A program made the translations under genes and the position numbers. A DNA stretch of 64,000 nucleotides, from positions 1 through 64,000 of IMG/VR virus record IMGVR_UViG_3300017585_000267. One strand, given 5' to 3'. The stretch comes from a virus (Duplodnaviria > Caudoviricetes). Shown here one piece after another: positions 19,860 through 30,300 of the stretch. The first letter of the stretch is position 1, and each line of letters opens with the position of its first letter. The notes under the pieces are model-generated. The model was not told the origin of the DNA and searched no databases. It saw nothing but the letters and a program-made list of their open reading frames with translations.

Positions 19860-20099
19860 TCAATCCTTGTTAAAGATTCTTGAGAAAAGTGCTACGAGGC
19901 CATATAGTACAATGCCCACCATAAGGAGCATGAGGCATACGGCGGTAATGCCAGCCACGACATCTGCAAGTGGCTGCAATGAGGGGTTTACTGTCAATGA
20001 CATGGCAATGACGGCTAATGGAACAACAGGTAGCCAAGGCCGAGGCCCAGGACAAAACAGAAGACGAGGTGGACTATGAGCACCATGCATCCAGTCCAC
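19860..20099 (-). CDS. Small membrane protein
   Basis: Two hydrophobic segments; packed between neighbouring genes. Confidence 0.5.
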   Translation of the reverse strand: MDWMHGAHSPPRLLFCPGPRPWLPVVPLAVIAMSLTVNPSLQPLADVVAGITAVCLMLLMVGIVLYGLVALFSRIFNKD

Positions 20100-20137
20100 C
20101 CATTTACGTAGATTCCTTCACGCTTTTCCATGATATG

Positions 20138-20500
20138 CTAATAAATGGCCAGTTTTACAGTCTTTCCCGAGAGCAGTTCCCGGTGAATCTCGGGATAGAC
20201 AGTTACTATACCCTCGACTTCCTGCTTGTAGCCCTTGTTGAGGGCGGTCTCATCGTAGTCGTCATACTCCCGTATGGTACAGTAGAAGTCATCTCCGTCC
20301 TTGTCGGTGAGACTTCTCAATATCCGCAGGCACCTCTTGGGATCGTGACAAAGGTACTGCCTGTTCCCAATCTCCCTGAACATCTCGCCCTTTCTTGCCA
20401 AAATATGTACGGCATAGCACTCCATGTCCCCAAGGTCAAAGTCGGCATGATCAAAGAGCCATTCCTGGAGCCGCCTAAACTCACTGCACGTCCTGTCCAT
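20138..20500 (-). CDS. Hypothetical protein
   Basis: Packed ORF with phage-like codon usage. Confidence 0.65.
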   Translation of the reverse strand: MDRTCSEFRRLQEWLFDHADFDLGDMECYAVHILARKGEMFREIGNRQYLCHDPKRCLRILRSLTDKDGDDFYCTIREYDDYDETALNKGYKQEVEGIVTVYPEIHRELLSGKTVKLAIY

Positions 20501-20774
20501 CTTCGAGTTCCTTTATACTGACTGTTATCGCCTTGTAATCACTTTCCATCGTGAGGTCTGCAAGGTCGTAGTTGATGCCCACCTTCTCACGGGTCTTTAT
20601 ACTGTTCCAGATGGGCCTTACAAACTCCTCGTACTCAACCGGGTCAACTGGCCTGTCGGTATATTCGATTGTGGTCACTCCGGCGTTCCTGTCAAAGGAG
20701 CAGGTAAAGCCCTCGAAGTATTTCGCGATGTGCCTTGACAGGGTTTTGTCAATGTTGTTAATGGTGATTGTCAT
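20481..20774 (-). CDS. Hypothetical protein
   Basis: Packed ORF overlapping its downstream neighbour. Confidence 0.65.
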   Translation of the reverse strand: MTITINNIDKTLSRHIAKYFEGFTCSFDRNAGVTTIEYTDRPVDPVEYEEFVRPIWNSIKTREKVGINYDLADLTMESDYKAITVSIKELEDGQDVQ

Positions 20775-20775
20775 G

Positions 20776-21204
20776 TCAGTCTTTCATTACGATTGTTTCA
20801 TCGGTGGTCCAGTCCGAAAGCTGCTTGATGAGGTAGCCGTAGTACCTCTGCTTGCTATTTATCTCCTTTTGGGTAAGGGGAAGGCTTGGCAACGCCTCAC
20901 AGAAGTCCCTCAGGATCTGCTTGCACTCCTCAAGGAGTTCCACCGGGGTGAGTATGCCGTTTTCCGACAGGGCTGCATTCCAGTCGGTGTTCAAGGTATT
21001 CATGTCAATAACCCTGTCTGTATCGTCATAGTCCAGCTCATAGTCTGTGGTGGTCACCTCATAGGATTTTGAGAGGGTCTGGGAACACAGGACGTCAGCC
21101 TGGATGGAAGGCTTTTCCACTTCCTTCCATGGAGCGTTGGGGTCTTGGTCGGCCCCTGGGGGATAGTTATTCATCTTTATTCTTTTTGAAGTTGAACAAT
21201 CCAA
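20776..21204 (-). CDS. Hypothetical protein (likely start MNNYPPGA)
   Basis: N-terminal YPPGAxxDPNAPW motif typical of Bacteroidota phage hypotheticals. Confidence 0.7.
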   Translation of the reverse strand: MDCSTSKRIKMNNYPPGADQDPNAPWKEVEKPSIQADVLCSQTLSKSYEVTTTDYELDYDDTDRVIDMNTLNTDWNAALSENGILTPVELLEECKQILRDFCEALPSLPLTQKEINSKQRYYGYLIKQLSDWTTDETIVMKD

Positions 21205-21421
21205 GGATTGAATACATGAAGAAGGACTTGCTTGACCTCCTTGAGGTCACCAGGCCGTTCTCCTTGATTAGCCTGTTGGCTATGCAGGCGTTCAGCCTTA
21301 TCGGTACAGTCACGTTGTGTCCTTCCTTGGTGTAGATGTAATGGCTTCCCTTTACTCTGTTCAAGGAGAAGCCATTGTCACGTAGAATCCTGGAGAACTT
21401 CTCTGCCGTGTATGGTTGCAT
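21167..21421 (-). CDS. hicA: HicA/YcfA-family RNA-binding toxin-like protein
   Basis: LRDNGFxLxRxKGSHxIYxK...VTVP signature, including the catalytic His. Confidence 0.8.
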   Translation of the reverse strand: MQPYTAEKFSRILRDNGFSLNRVKGSHYIYTKEGHNVTVPIRLNACIANRLIKENGLVTSRRSSKSFFMYSILGLFNFKKNKDE

Positions 21422-21435
21422 GAGAGTCTCTGTTT

Positions 21436-22374
21436 TTAAAGATAGTTGTTTGATTTAAGCAATGTGGCCACTTGGTCCGCAAGTTCCTTTGCCAAGGGGT
21501 GTGGCTTGCCTGAAACACCGTCAGACCTCAATGCGAGAAAGTGCCTCCAGTCCTTCAGGGTGGCCGTATGGACTACCTGAGTCCTTGTGGCCAATGGCAG
21601 CACCTCTCTCGCTTCCTGGGGTTTCCATCCCATGCCAAGAAGCTCGAGGTAGGAACTTTCGGCCATGCTGAGGGTCTTCAGGAAAGCTTGCGTCATGTCA
21701 TCGTACACGACAGGTACAAAATCCAGTGAGCCATCTTCCTTCCTCTCCTGCCTGTAGCACTTGCTACCTCTCAAATAGGCCTTCCCCTCAGGGATGTCCA
21801 TCCATGGGGGGATTACATAGGTAATCTCCTTTCCGAACTTCTCCTTCGAGAAGTTGCAGTACCTCGTGGAGCTTTCAGCGACGCTGTTGGCCCTGTGCCT
21901 GTTGAACTCCCTGGAAGTGCCTATGTCGCAGGTGAACGCGAAGGTATGCCTACTTTCGTGGCATTTCATCGGGTCGCACAGGAACTGTAGGTCTTCCTCC
22001 CAGTTGTTCTCGACTATCACCCTCATGTTGGTAGTCACCCAGAATCCCTTGTCGGGGAATTGCGCCATCCCGCATGAGGAGTACCTGTTTCCGAGATAAC
22101 GGTCAATGGCCTTCCTGTGTGCAAGGGTGTCCCCTATCCACAGGTACACCGTACCATGCTCAAACATCGCGAGATGGGACGCGAGGATGTCATTGCCACC
22201 ATCGGAGGATCTCCTCATGAGCATCCTGTAGCACCAGTCCTTTGCAGATTCCCCAGTGTCTTTTGCCTCGGCTTGATAGCAAACCCTCGCGCACCTCTGG
22301 ATGTGTCGGAAGATATGCCCGACACTGTAGCCGGTGGGTTCCCAAAGCTCTACGAATGGTCTGATGAGCTCCAT
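21436..22374 (-). CDS. thyX: Flavin-dependent thymidylate synthase
   Basis: ARVCY, HLAMFEH, SREFNRHR, ESSTRYC, AREVLP, HFLALR and HP motifs. Confidence 0.92.
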   Translation of the reverse strand: MELIRPFVELWEPTGYSVGHIFRHIQRCARVCYQAEAKDTGESAKDWCYRMLMRRSSDGGNDILASHLAMFEHGTVYLWIGDTLAHRKAIDRYLGNRYSSCGMAQFPDKGFWVTTNMRVIVENNWEEDLQFLCDPMKCHESRHTFAFTCDIGTSREFNRHRANSVAESSTRYCNFSKEKFGKEITYVIPPWMDIPEGKAYLRGSKCYRQERKEDGSLDFVPVVYDDMTQAFLKTLSMAESSYLELLGMGWKPQEAREVLPLATRTQVVHTATLKDWRHFLALRSDGVSGKPHPLAKELADQVATLLKSNNYL

Positions 22375-22781
22375 ATCATCTCGATGTCCGTCTGCTTGAT
22401 TCCCTCAATCTGCATGTCATAGCCCTGCCTCGCAAGCTCGTGCACCCTTTGGTTGCACTGAGTGAGGTCGTCAGCCCACAGGAGTACCCTGTACCTCATC
22501 TTCTTCTCGTTGCCGGCGTCGTCGGTATAGGTGTCTGTAAGCGTGGCTATGAAGGGAAGCTCCCCGGTGTAGCTCTCATACACCTCCTTGATCAGGCTGA
22601 GCTTGAGGGACTGCACCTCATAGGACAATACCGTCCCTTCTTCCTGCTGCCTTGCAAGCAACGCCTCAATCGCATTGGCCGCTTCCTGGAAGGTGGCCAC
22701 GTCGGTGAGGTAAGTCTCGGAGTAGTTCTTCGTCTTGTTGCCAATCTGTCTCTTGACCTTGGCCTTGATTTCAATTAACAT
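22350..22781 (-). CDS. DUF4494-like protein
   Basis: K..SExYLxDxxTFxEA and D.xGNEKKxxYxVLxxA pattern of the Bacteroidota DUF4494 family. Confidence 0.7.
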   Translation of the reverse strand: MLIEIKAKVKRQIGNKTKNYSETYLTDVATFQEAANAIEALLARQQEEGTVLSYEVQSLKLSLIKEVYESYTGELPFIATLTDTYTDDAGNEKKMRYRVLLWADDLTQCNQRVHELARQGYDMQIEGIKQTDIEMIWSSSDHS

Positions 22782-22869
22782 AGCTTATGGTTTTAAAAGG
22801 TTGTCAATGTTCTTTTAAGTTCCTCTTTTATGGAACGTGGGGGAGAGGGTGGGAGGTGGTGGGGTATAC

Positions 22870-23055
22870 TTAACGGGAGGTACTTTCTGGAGTCAGCTCC
22901 TTTGGGTACTTCTGGTTACGTAGCTCATCTACCATTAATAGCCCGCATCGGCAGAACCCTGCCTTATAGCCCAAGATGAAATCCTGTGAGGCAAGTGGGT
23001 ACTGTCCAACTTCCTCCTGCGCCCTGTCGAGCAACTCCTTGAAAATTTCGTTCAT
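22870..23055 (-). CDS. Small hypothetical protein
   Basis: 61-aa ORF with an A-rich leader. Confidence 0.5.
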   Translation of the reverse strand: MNEIFKELLDRAQEEVGQYPLASQDFILGYKAGFCRCGLLMVDELRNQKYPKELTPESTSR

Positions 23056-23165
23056 TTTTTCTACATCAAATCACAATCTACATCAAATCACAACAACCAC
23101 AACAAACTCCAACACTTCAAGTAATGTCTTCTGTCTCCCAATTATTCGCCACCCCTCCCCGCCAC

Positions 23166-23369
23166 TCACCTGTCGTCAGTGGTGTCCTGAATGTCCTGCT
23201 TGGATGTACTCTTGCTTCCATTGGAACCTATCCCAAACCTATACTTGTAATAGTCCTTGCCTTGGTGGGCGGAGTCTTCCTTAGCCTCCCGCTTTATTCC
23301 AGCCACAAGTACTGCCAATACAGCAAAGATAGTCACAATCAGGAAGATGTCAAAGACATTCATAGACAA
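23166..23369 (-). CDS. Small single-TM protein
   Basis: N-terminal hydrophobic helix; overlaps the stop of the upstream gene. Confidence 0.5.
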   Translation of the reverse strand: MSMNVFDIFLIVTIFAVLAVLVAGIKREAKEDSAHQGKDYYKYRFGIGSNGSKSTSKQDIQDTTDDR

Positions 23370-23845
23370 TTTTCGATATGGTCGTTGATATAGAATAGCG
23401 CCTTCTCGAGGTCCTGCTTGGCCTTTGCCTTGTCATCCATGCCCTCTTCGTGCTTGTGGCCAAACCTGAGGAGGTACTTCACGGCATTGCCTATGTCACT
23501 GGGAAGCCACCTGGTAATGTCTATTACCTCAACACCGCACTTGTCCTTGAGCCATGTGTAGTGCGAGGGGTGGTTCACCATAGGATCTATAGCCTCTTCC
23601 GGAGATGCAGGACTCATCTTGACAGTACCATCACTGTCCGTGACGTCGATGTCAAAGTAGGACTTAAGCTCTCTCTCGCCTGAAAGCCTGATGAGCCACC
23701 TGATGCCATACTGGTTGCTTATGACCGCAATATTATTGTCCAGCCACTTATGGAACCAGTAGTACTCCCCCTCGATAAAGGGGACCGGCCTACTGAGCTG
23801 CACTTCGACAAGCCCGCAGTCCTTGATGCATTTGATTCTTTTCAT
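23360..23845 (-). CDS. DUF3310 (SaV-like) domain protein
   Basis: VNHPSHY...EVIDI...GNAVKYLLR..K...DLEKAxFY. Confidence 0.85.
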   Translation of the reverse strand: MKRIKCIKDCGLVEVQLSRPVPFIEGEYYWFHKWLDNNIAVISNQYGIRWLIRLSGERELKSYFDIDVTDSDGTVKMSPASPEEAIDPMVNHPSHYTWLKDKCGVEVIDITRWLPSDIGNAVKYLLRFGHKHEEGMDDKAKAKQDLEKALFYINDHIENCL

Positions 23846-23857
23846 AATAAAACTAGT

Positions 23858-25900
23858 TTAATGAACCCAATGGTCTGGCAGCGACCCATCCTTGTCATAG
23901 GACACCTCGGCATCGAGCTTGCACCTTGTACAGAATATGGCACCTGCGTCGACCATGCACTTATGGAGCTGCCTCGCTACGTCCATGGCAATCTCCTTGG
24001 GAGCCTCACAGTTGATTTCATCGTAGGGGGTCACACAAATCAGCACCTTTCCAAACAAGCCATTTTGCCTCAACCACTCAAAGAAGCTTATCATCGAATG
24101 GCGCAGGCACATGGAGCCGGTTGCCTGGATTGGGAAGTTGATGGACTTCCTTTCGGTGTCGGACTTCCTCTTGAAGAAGTGCCTTACCCTCTGCACGGTG
24201 TCACAGGACGGGTCTTCCTTTTTCATCTGCCTGTAGTGGTCCCAAAACCCTGGAACCTTGAACGACTCCTGCAAGTCCCTCAACTCCCTATAGTCATAGA
24301 TGAAGGCCTTGTGGCCTGTGATGGGGTTCAGCAGGATGTAGCCCTTGTCCCACCAATCCCTCCTTCGGAACTTCTGGTAGTCCCTGAGGCCCGTGAAGCC
24401 TGACATGTAGGAATCGTATATCTGCTGGGCCTCTTCCATGGGAATGCCCTTGTTTTGGTGAATCGTATTGGCATCCCCGCCATAATTGATGGCGAACTCT
24501 ATCCCCTTGGCTTCCTGCCTAAGTTTGTGATAACGTTTCTTGATGTCCTTTATGGAAGTGTCCCTGGGAATTTCCTTGTATGCCATATATGCCGTCAAGC
24601 TGTGGATGTCCCCAGACCCTTCGGTCAGTTCCTTGATGATCGCCCTGTCGTTGGCTATGGAAGCCATAAGGTAGGTCTCCTGCCCCGTATAGTCAATCGA
24701 TATCCAGCTGTTTCCCTCTTCTGCCACAAAGCAGGCCCTGGTCTCCTCGTCCGACGGGAGGTTGAGGAGATTCACGTACTCGACGTTCGCCCCCCTGTCC
24801 TTGCCACCCGAAGTGATCCTCGTGGTGTCCGCCCCGCACTGCTGGTAGCTGGTGTGGATTCTATGGGACACAGGGTTTATCTGCTCAAGGAAGTTCTCCC
24901 CATAGGTCCCGACAATCTTGGCGGCCGCCTTATACTTGAGGTATATCTCCGCCACGGGGGACTTGTCCTTCTGGGGTTCGATGACCTTGGCGTCCACGGA
25001 CTTCACCATGGAACCTGTCTCCCTGCTCTTTTGGTTGAGGTCAAACCCCAGCTCCTCGAAGAAGGGGGCCACCTGCCTTGGGGAGGCCCAGTTGATGGTG
25101 CAATGTGGGGACGTGTCGAAGCCCGTCCACAGGTCTCCCTGAAGGTTGACCTCGGTAAACCTGCCATCGTCGGGGAAATGCTCGACAACCCATGCGTTCA
25201 GTTGTTTGGTTGCCTTGTCCAGGGCCTCCTGGTCCTTCTTCATCTTGGCCCTCCACTTGGCTTCGTCAAGCTTGATCCCACAGTACTCACAGTAGGCCAA
25301 CGACAGGACGAACTGGTTCTCCACCCTGATCGCCTTGCAGAGTCCCTTGGCCTTGAGTTCCTCCCATTGCCTCAGGATTATATCCTCAAGATGGGCGACG
25401 TCCTCCGCCGCATAGACTATCACGTCGGTCTGGAGGCCGACATTGATAATCTTTCCCCTGACGGACTTGTCAAGCTCTATCCCGAGGTAATGCTCCCCCG
25501 CCGACTTCAGGCTCATGCTGTGCATGCCTCCAGGATATCCAAGCCAAAGGAGCTTCTCGGCAAGGAAGCCGTCGTACACCCTCCTGGGATAGATCCCCTG
25601 ACGGTACAGAAACTTTAGGTCGAACTTGAGGTTCCACCCAAGGAATGTCCTGCCGTCGGATTCAAGGTATTCCTTGTATGCCAGTGGGCTTATGGTAGTA
25701 CAGTCTATGACCACCTGAAAGTCCCTGTTCCCCAGCTGAATCGACAACAGTTCCTTGGTATAGGGATCGAGTCCCTTGGTCTCAGTATCCAGCCCGACGA
25801 CCTTGAGGGGTTCCAGCAACTCCAGGGACCTCTCCACTGAGATGGCTTCATATGCGTCATTCCTGAAGAGTTCCTGGTTGAGGGTGACGAAGTATATCAT
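23858..25900 (-). CDS. polA: Family A DNA polymerase with 3'-5' exonuclease
   Basis: Exonuclease DTET motif, motif A DYTGQE, motif B RQEAKGIEFAINYG, NFPIQ and motif C YDE. Confidence 0.95.
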   Translation of the reverse strand: MIYFVTLNQELFRNDAYEAISVERSLELLEPLKVVGLDTETKGLDPYTKELLSIQLGNRDFQVVIDCTTISPLAYKEYLESDGRTFLGWNLKFDLKFLYRQGIYPRRVYDGFLAEKLLWLGYPGGMHSMSLKSAGEHYLGIELDKSVRGKIINVGLQTDVIVYAAEDVAHLEDIILRQWEELKAKGLCKAIRVENQFVLSLAYCEYCGIKLDEAKWRAKMKKDQEALDKATKQLNAWVVEHFPDDGRFTEVNLQGDLWTGFDTSPHCTINWASPRQVAPFFEELGFDLNQKSRETGSMVKSVDAKVIEPQKDKSPVAEIYLKYKAAAKIVGTYGENFLEQINPVSHRIHTSYQQCGADTTRITSGGKDRGANVEYVNLLNLPSDEETRACFVAEEGNSWISIDYTGQETYLMASIANDRAIIKELTEGSGDIHSLTAYMAYKEIPRDTSIKDIKKRYHKLRQEAKGIEFAINYGGDANTIHQNKGIPMEEAQQIYDSYMSGFTGLRDYQKFRRRDWWDKGYILLNPITGHKAFIYDYRELRDLQESFKVPGFWDHYRQMKKEDPSCDTVQRVRHFFKRKSDTERKSINFPIQATGSMCLRHSMISFFEWLRQNGLFGKVLICVTPYDEINCEAPKEIAMDVARQLHKCMVDAGAIFCTRCKLDAEVSYDKDGSLPDHWVH

Positions 25901-26334
25901 TGCTTGCTGTAGGCTATGAGCTCCGCGAAGTCCAGGACATACCTGAACTTGTGGAAGAACTTAGACCCAAGGATGCCATGCAACGTGACCCCGGTGTCCT
26001 GCTTTATCTGGGCGAAGGGAGCCGACATGTCCTGGATTATGTACTCGTACTCATAGTGCTGCTCCTTGTAGGCCAGGACTATCCTGCACTTGGTGACGCT
26101 TTGCTTCTTTCCGTCAAGCCCGAAGAGCGTCCCCTCATACTCCATCTTCTCGGACTCTATCTGTCCCAGAACGGAGGAGTCTATGATGGAATCGTTCGAG
26201 CCTGTGTCGAGGAGGAAGTTGAGCTTGCGGTCACCTTGCTGGAAGGTGCAGATGGGAAGTTCGGTGAGGTCGAAACCCTGCTTGAAGGGAATCGCCTCAG
26301 GATGTCTGCAAAATATCTTTCTAAATATGTTCAT
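25897..26334 (-). CDS. Retropepsin-like aspartyl protease
   Basis: FLLDTGS active site and GILGxxF motif. Confidence 0.85.
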   Translation of the reverse strand: MNIFRKIFCRHPEAIPFKQGFDLTELPICTFQQGDRKLNFLLDTGSNDSIIDSSVLGQIESEKMEYEGTLFGLDGKKQSVTKCRIVLAYKEQHYEYEYIIQDMSAPFAQIKQDTGVTLHGILGSKFFHKFRYVLDFAELIAYSKQ

Positions 26335-26343
26335 CTTCTCTCA

Positions 26344-26874
26344 TTATTTAGTCATGCCTGTACTTCCGAAGCCCTCCCTGTCGGCATTGCCAAGGTGGCT
26401 TACCTTCCTGAATTTAATCCTTCCTGCGAACAGCCACTTGAGCCTTTGCCAGAGGTTGGCCTTGCAGGAAGGCACTATCTCGAACTGGGCTATCTTGGTT
26501 CCCTTGGGAATCTTGATGGCGCCAAAGGAGACCACGGAGAGCTTCCACTGGTCGTTGTCTCCCCTGTAGGAAGAATCTATCTGCCCAACGCTGTTGGACA
26601 CCATCACCTTCCACATCGGAAAGGTGCTGCTTCTGGGAAGGAGGTTGGCCTTGAATCCCTTAGGAATCTCCATCGCGAATCCCAGGGGAATCAGCTGGCG
26701 ATCGAAGATCACGTCCCTGTAGGCATTGGTTCTCTCGACCTTCTTCCTGTGGAGGGTCTTGGCATAGGGCCCCATCAGGGCGACTTCCTCAGCCGTTACC
26801 ACATCAAACAAGTCCCCCTTGGGTTCCGCTATGGGAAAACACCCGGGGGTAATTTCTTTTACCTTTATCTTCAT
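26344..26874 (-). CDS. dut: Trimeric dUTPase
   Basis: PRSS, GQIDSSYRG, KIAQ and REGFGSTG motifs. Confidence 0.92.
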   Translation of the reverse strand: MKIKVKEITPGCFPIAEPKGDLFDVVTAEEVALMGPYAKTLHRKKVERTNAYRDVIFDRQLIPLGFAMEIPKGFKANLLPRSSTFPMWKVMVSNSVGQIDSSYRGDNDQWKLSVVSFGAIKIPKGTKIAQFEIVPSCKANLWQRLKWLFAGRIKFRKVSHLGNADREGFGSTGMTK

Positions 26875-26878
26875 ATCT

Positions 26879-27373
26879 TTAACTTAGTTGTTTTAGTTTC
26901 TTAATCCAGACCTTGCTGGTAATGTCAATTCTTTGGATGCTGCCATCATCGAAGTGCCTTACTTGGTACAGCCTCTGGTTGGTCCTGGGGCTTTCGAGCC
27001 CCCCAAGCTTGCTTACATAAGGCCCAATCTTCACATAGTCCAGGCATTCAAGGATGCCGAGGTCTCCCGGGGGTATCAACGTAAGTCCGCAATACCACGC
27101 GGTCTTGATTCCCTGACCCCTTGCATACTTGAACAAGCTGACCAGTGAGGCGATGTCATGTTCCCCTCCAAGGAGGAGCAGGCAGGTTATTCCCCTGTGC
27201 TTGCCAAGAAGCCTTCCAAGCTCCTCGACATCCAAGGGAGTCCCGCTGTCTTCCCAGAGCTCCTTGCTGTGACATCCATCACAATGGATGGTGCATCCAG
27301 TAAGAGATACCCCCAGACTGATTTCTGAGGGTATCTCCCTAAACACTTCCTTGCAATAGAGGTACTTAAGCAT
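26879..27373 (-). CDS. nrdG: Anaerobic RNR activase (radical SAM)
   Basis: CxxxCxxC (GCTIHCDGC), GGE, KIGPY and TNQR motifs; adjacent to nrdD. Confidence 0.92.
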   Translation of the reverse strand: MLKYLYCKEVFREIPSEISLGVSLTGCTIHCDGCHSKELWEDSGTPLDVEELGRLLGKHRGITCLLLLGGEHDIASLVSLFKYARGQGIKTAWYCGLTLIPPGDLGILECLDYVKIGPYVSKLGGLESPRTNQRLYQVRHFDDGSIQRIDITSKVWIKKLKQLS

Positions 27374-27392
27374 TCAGTTCAACTCCATGTTG

Positions 27393-30300
27393 TCAAGCAT
27401 TGCCATTGGCGTAGTTCCTCCTATTCAAGAACGTACGTTGTTTGAATTCCTCCTGACGTGCCGAAGACCAGCCCTTTACTGGACGAAGATATCCAATGAT
27501 TCTGCTCCATTGCGTGACCTTGTGGCTTCCGCATTTGGGACACTCGTCGAAGGGATGCTTGGCTATGAACCCACAATCGTCGCACTGTGTCTGCGGGACG
27601 TTGAACGTAATGTACGAGTTCCCCACCTCCACGGCGTACTCAAGCAACTTCAGGTATTGTTCCTTGGTGAGGTTCTCCTCAAGGTTGAGGTGGGAAGCCT
27701 GCCCTCCGTCGATGGACTTGGCGACCTCGCCTCCCTGCATGGCTATCTTGTCCAGGATGCTGGTGTCATCATGGGCGTCGTATATGTAGGAGTTGTAGAG
27801 GTTCTTGTCCTCAGGAACCCAGTATCCGTCTTCCTTGTCCCAGTTGTAGTTCTTCACCCCAAGGGATTCCGCAGGAACAAGCTCCAGGTTAAACATGAAG
27901 TCCTTGCCTGAATGAGCCTTGTTGTACTGCTTGATTGTGCTCAGTACGAACTTGCAGAACTCCATGTACCCGGGATTGTTGCTGACCTCCATCCCCAGGA
28001 ACCTCGCGGCCTCATTGAGGCCGTTCACCCCTATGGTGCTGTATAGCTTCCTGAGGGAGATGTACCCGGCCTTCATCGCGGGAAGCATTCCCTCCTTGTC
28101 AAGCTTGTACAGGCCAGTCTTGTAAGCTTTCTGGTAGTCATAGACCCTGTCAAGGATTGCCTCCAGGTAGTCCTTGAGGGAGTCCTTATGGTTCGCCCAT
28201 GCTTCAGAAGCCGGGACCTCTTCAGTTGAGCCTGAAACACTGTCGGAATACCAGTCCTGGATTATCCTGTTGAGGTTGAGGGTCATCACGTTGCAGGAGC
28301 CAGTCTGAACTCCGGTAAGTCCCGTAGTGGAACTGAAAGTGTTTTCAGTCACTTCATTGCGAAGCCTGCAATTGTGAGTAATCAGCCCTGAAGGCAGTGT
28401 AAAGTAAGGCTCTTCCTGGTTCTTGCACTCTATGCAGTACACCTCGTCACTGTAGTCCAATTCCTCTATCGACTTAATCCTGAAGTAAATGCTGTTGTTC
28501 CTCCTGAGCCAAGAATGGTCGGAGTCCTCGCTGGCCCGAAGGTCACCCTGTTCAGGCCACCGTATGGAGTATAAGGGATGGTCCCCAATGAACCCCCCGT
28601 CCCTCATCACCGCCTCCTTCTTGGTTCCGTTGGAAATGTCGACAGTGGGGCTCATGCCCAGGGAGGTGATGATTGCCTCCATGCCTTTGGCCAGGTCCCT
28701 GGAAGTCGTGTAGCAGCCGTCAGGGTTGCTCCCAAAGGTATCATGCCATCCGTCCAAAATTCCCTTCCTGAAGGCTGCACTCTGAAGCAGGCAGTCAAGA
28801 TTTACCTGTCTATCACTGGAACACGTACCCCTGCGCCAGTGGGTCCAATTCTGGATAAATGACGCAAGTTGCTTGGAGTTGATGGTGACGGGATAGACAC
28901 CATCATGGACGCTGTGTATGCAAATGTGGACATCGATGCCCAGTTGTTCGAGGCATTTCTCGATTGTCTTCCTGCCCTTGCAATACCTATCCTCACCCAA
29001 GGACAGGCCTGTCTCATAAAGTACGCCTTGACTGTCAGTCCCAAAGCTGCCATCCCCCAGGAACATGCCCACGACAAACCCCTCCTCATACGTCAGATGC
29101 CTGTCATTTTCGGGAGTGGCCTGTAGGACTTGCGTATTGAACATGAGGTAGTCGTCCGTAGTGAGCTCGGTAGTGGGAACCTCTCCACGCAGGGTGACGT
29201 TCACGTGGTTGTCCGTCAGACACAGTTCCTTGTCGTTGCAGGTGGTCACCTTGTACATCTTCCTGTTGGGAAGCTTTATCGCCTTGCCCTCCACCCAACT
29301 GCCGTTGTGGAATATCCTCAGGTGATCCTCATGTCCAAGGTCGTACAGCTCCTTGAGGGTGCTTAGCTGGACACCCCTGCCACCTGATTTCCAAAGGACA
29401 TCGGTGTCAGCGGAGAAACAGCACGACGCCACGGAGTCGGCGTTCTCCGAAAGATAGACGAAGAACGAGTCCCCGGCGGCCCATTGTGTGGCCACGAAGT
29501 CCTTGTACTCCTTGTCCTTGACGTCCTTGCCGTCGGTGAGGAGCAACACTGTCATCACGGGGAATGTAAGCAGCGTATGCGTCCGCTCATCATTAAGCCA
29601 CCTCATGTATCTCTTCTGGAGCCAGTTGACCGCATCCCAGTTGGGCTTGCTCCCATCGGGGAAAGTAAAGCCGTCGAACATGGTATGCCAATAGTAGCTG
29701 TCGAAGACATTGAAGTTCGTGAACGGACTTTGGTTGCTGCGATTCCCAGCAGGCTGGTTTATGTAATGGGTGACCTGTTGGAAGTATTGGTCTATCTCGT
29801 CCCCTATGGTCCTTTTGTCAAGGCACGCATCGGAGGTCGCCAGCTTGTCGGCGTTCCTGTAGTAGTCCTTGCCCCACTCCTTCTCGCAGAAGTACGAGAA
29901 GAAGTTGAAGAACTCCCCATAGGCACCGGCGCCCTTCTTTTGTGCGGAGAGCAGGAACACGAGGTTGCAGAACTGGCCACAGAAGGAACTGAGGTGCTTG
30001 GGGGCCTTGTTCTTCGTGCCGTCTATGTTGGTGGTCCCGTCGACGAGGAGTGGGTACAGGGAGTAGGCGGAACAATAGACCTTAAGTACGGGCGAGTTTG
30101 ACGCGTCATGTTGGTATATGATATGGTGCGTCAAATCCTTTGCGTACTGGTCCCTGTAGGGAGAGCCTATCTCGGCGAGAAGCTCCTTCATCTGGGACAT
30201 CTGGATGAGCCTGTTGATGTCCTTGTAGACCTCCCCCTCAAGGGTGGCCACGTTCTTGCAGGCCGAGTTCGCGTTGTCATCAGTGTTGCTGAGGTTCGTG

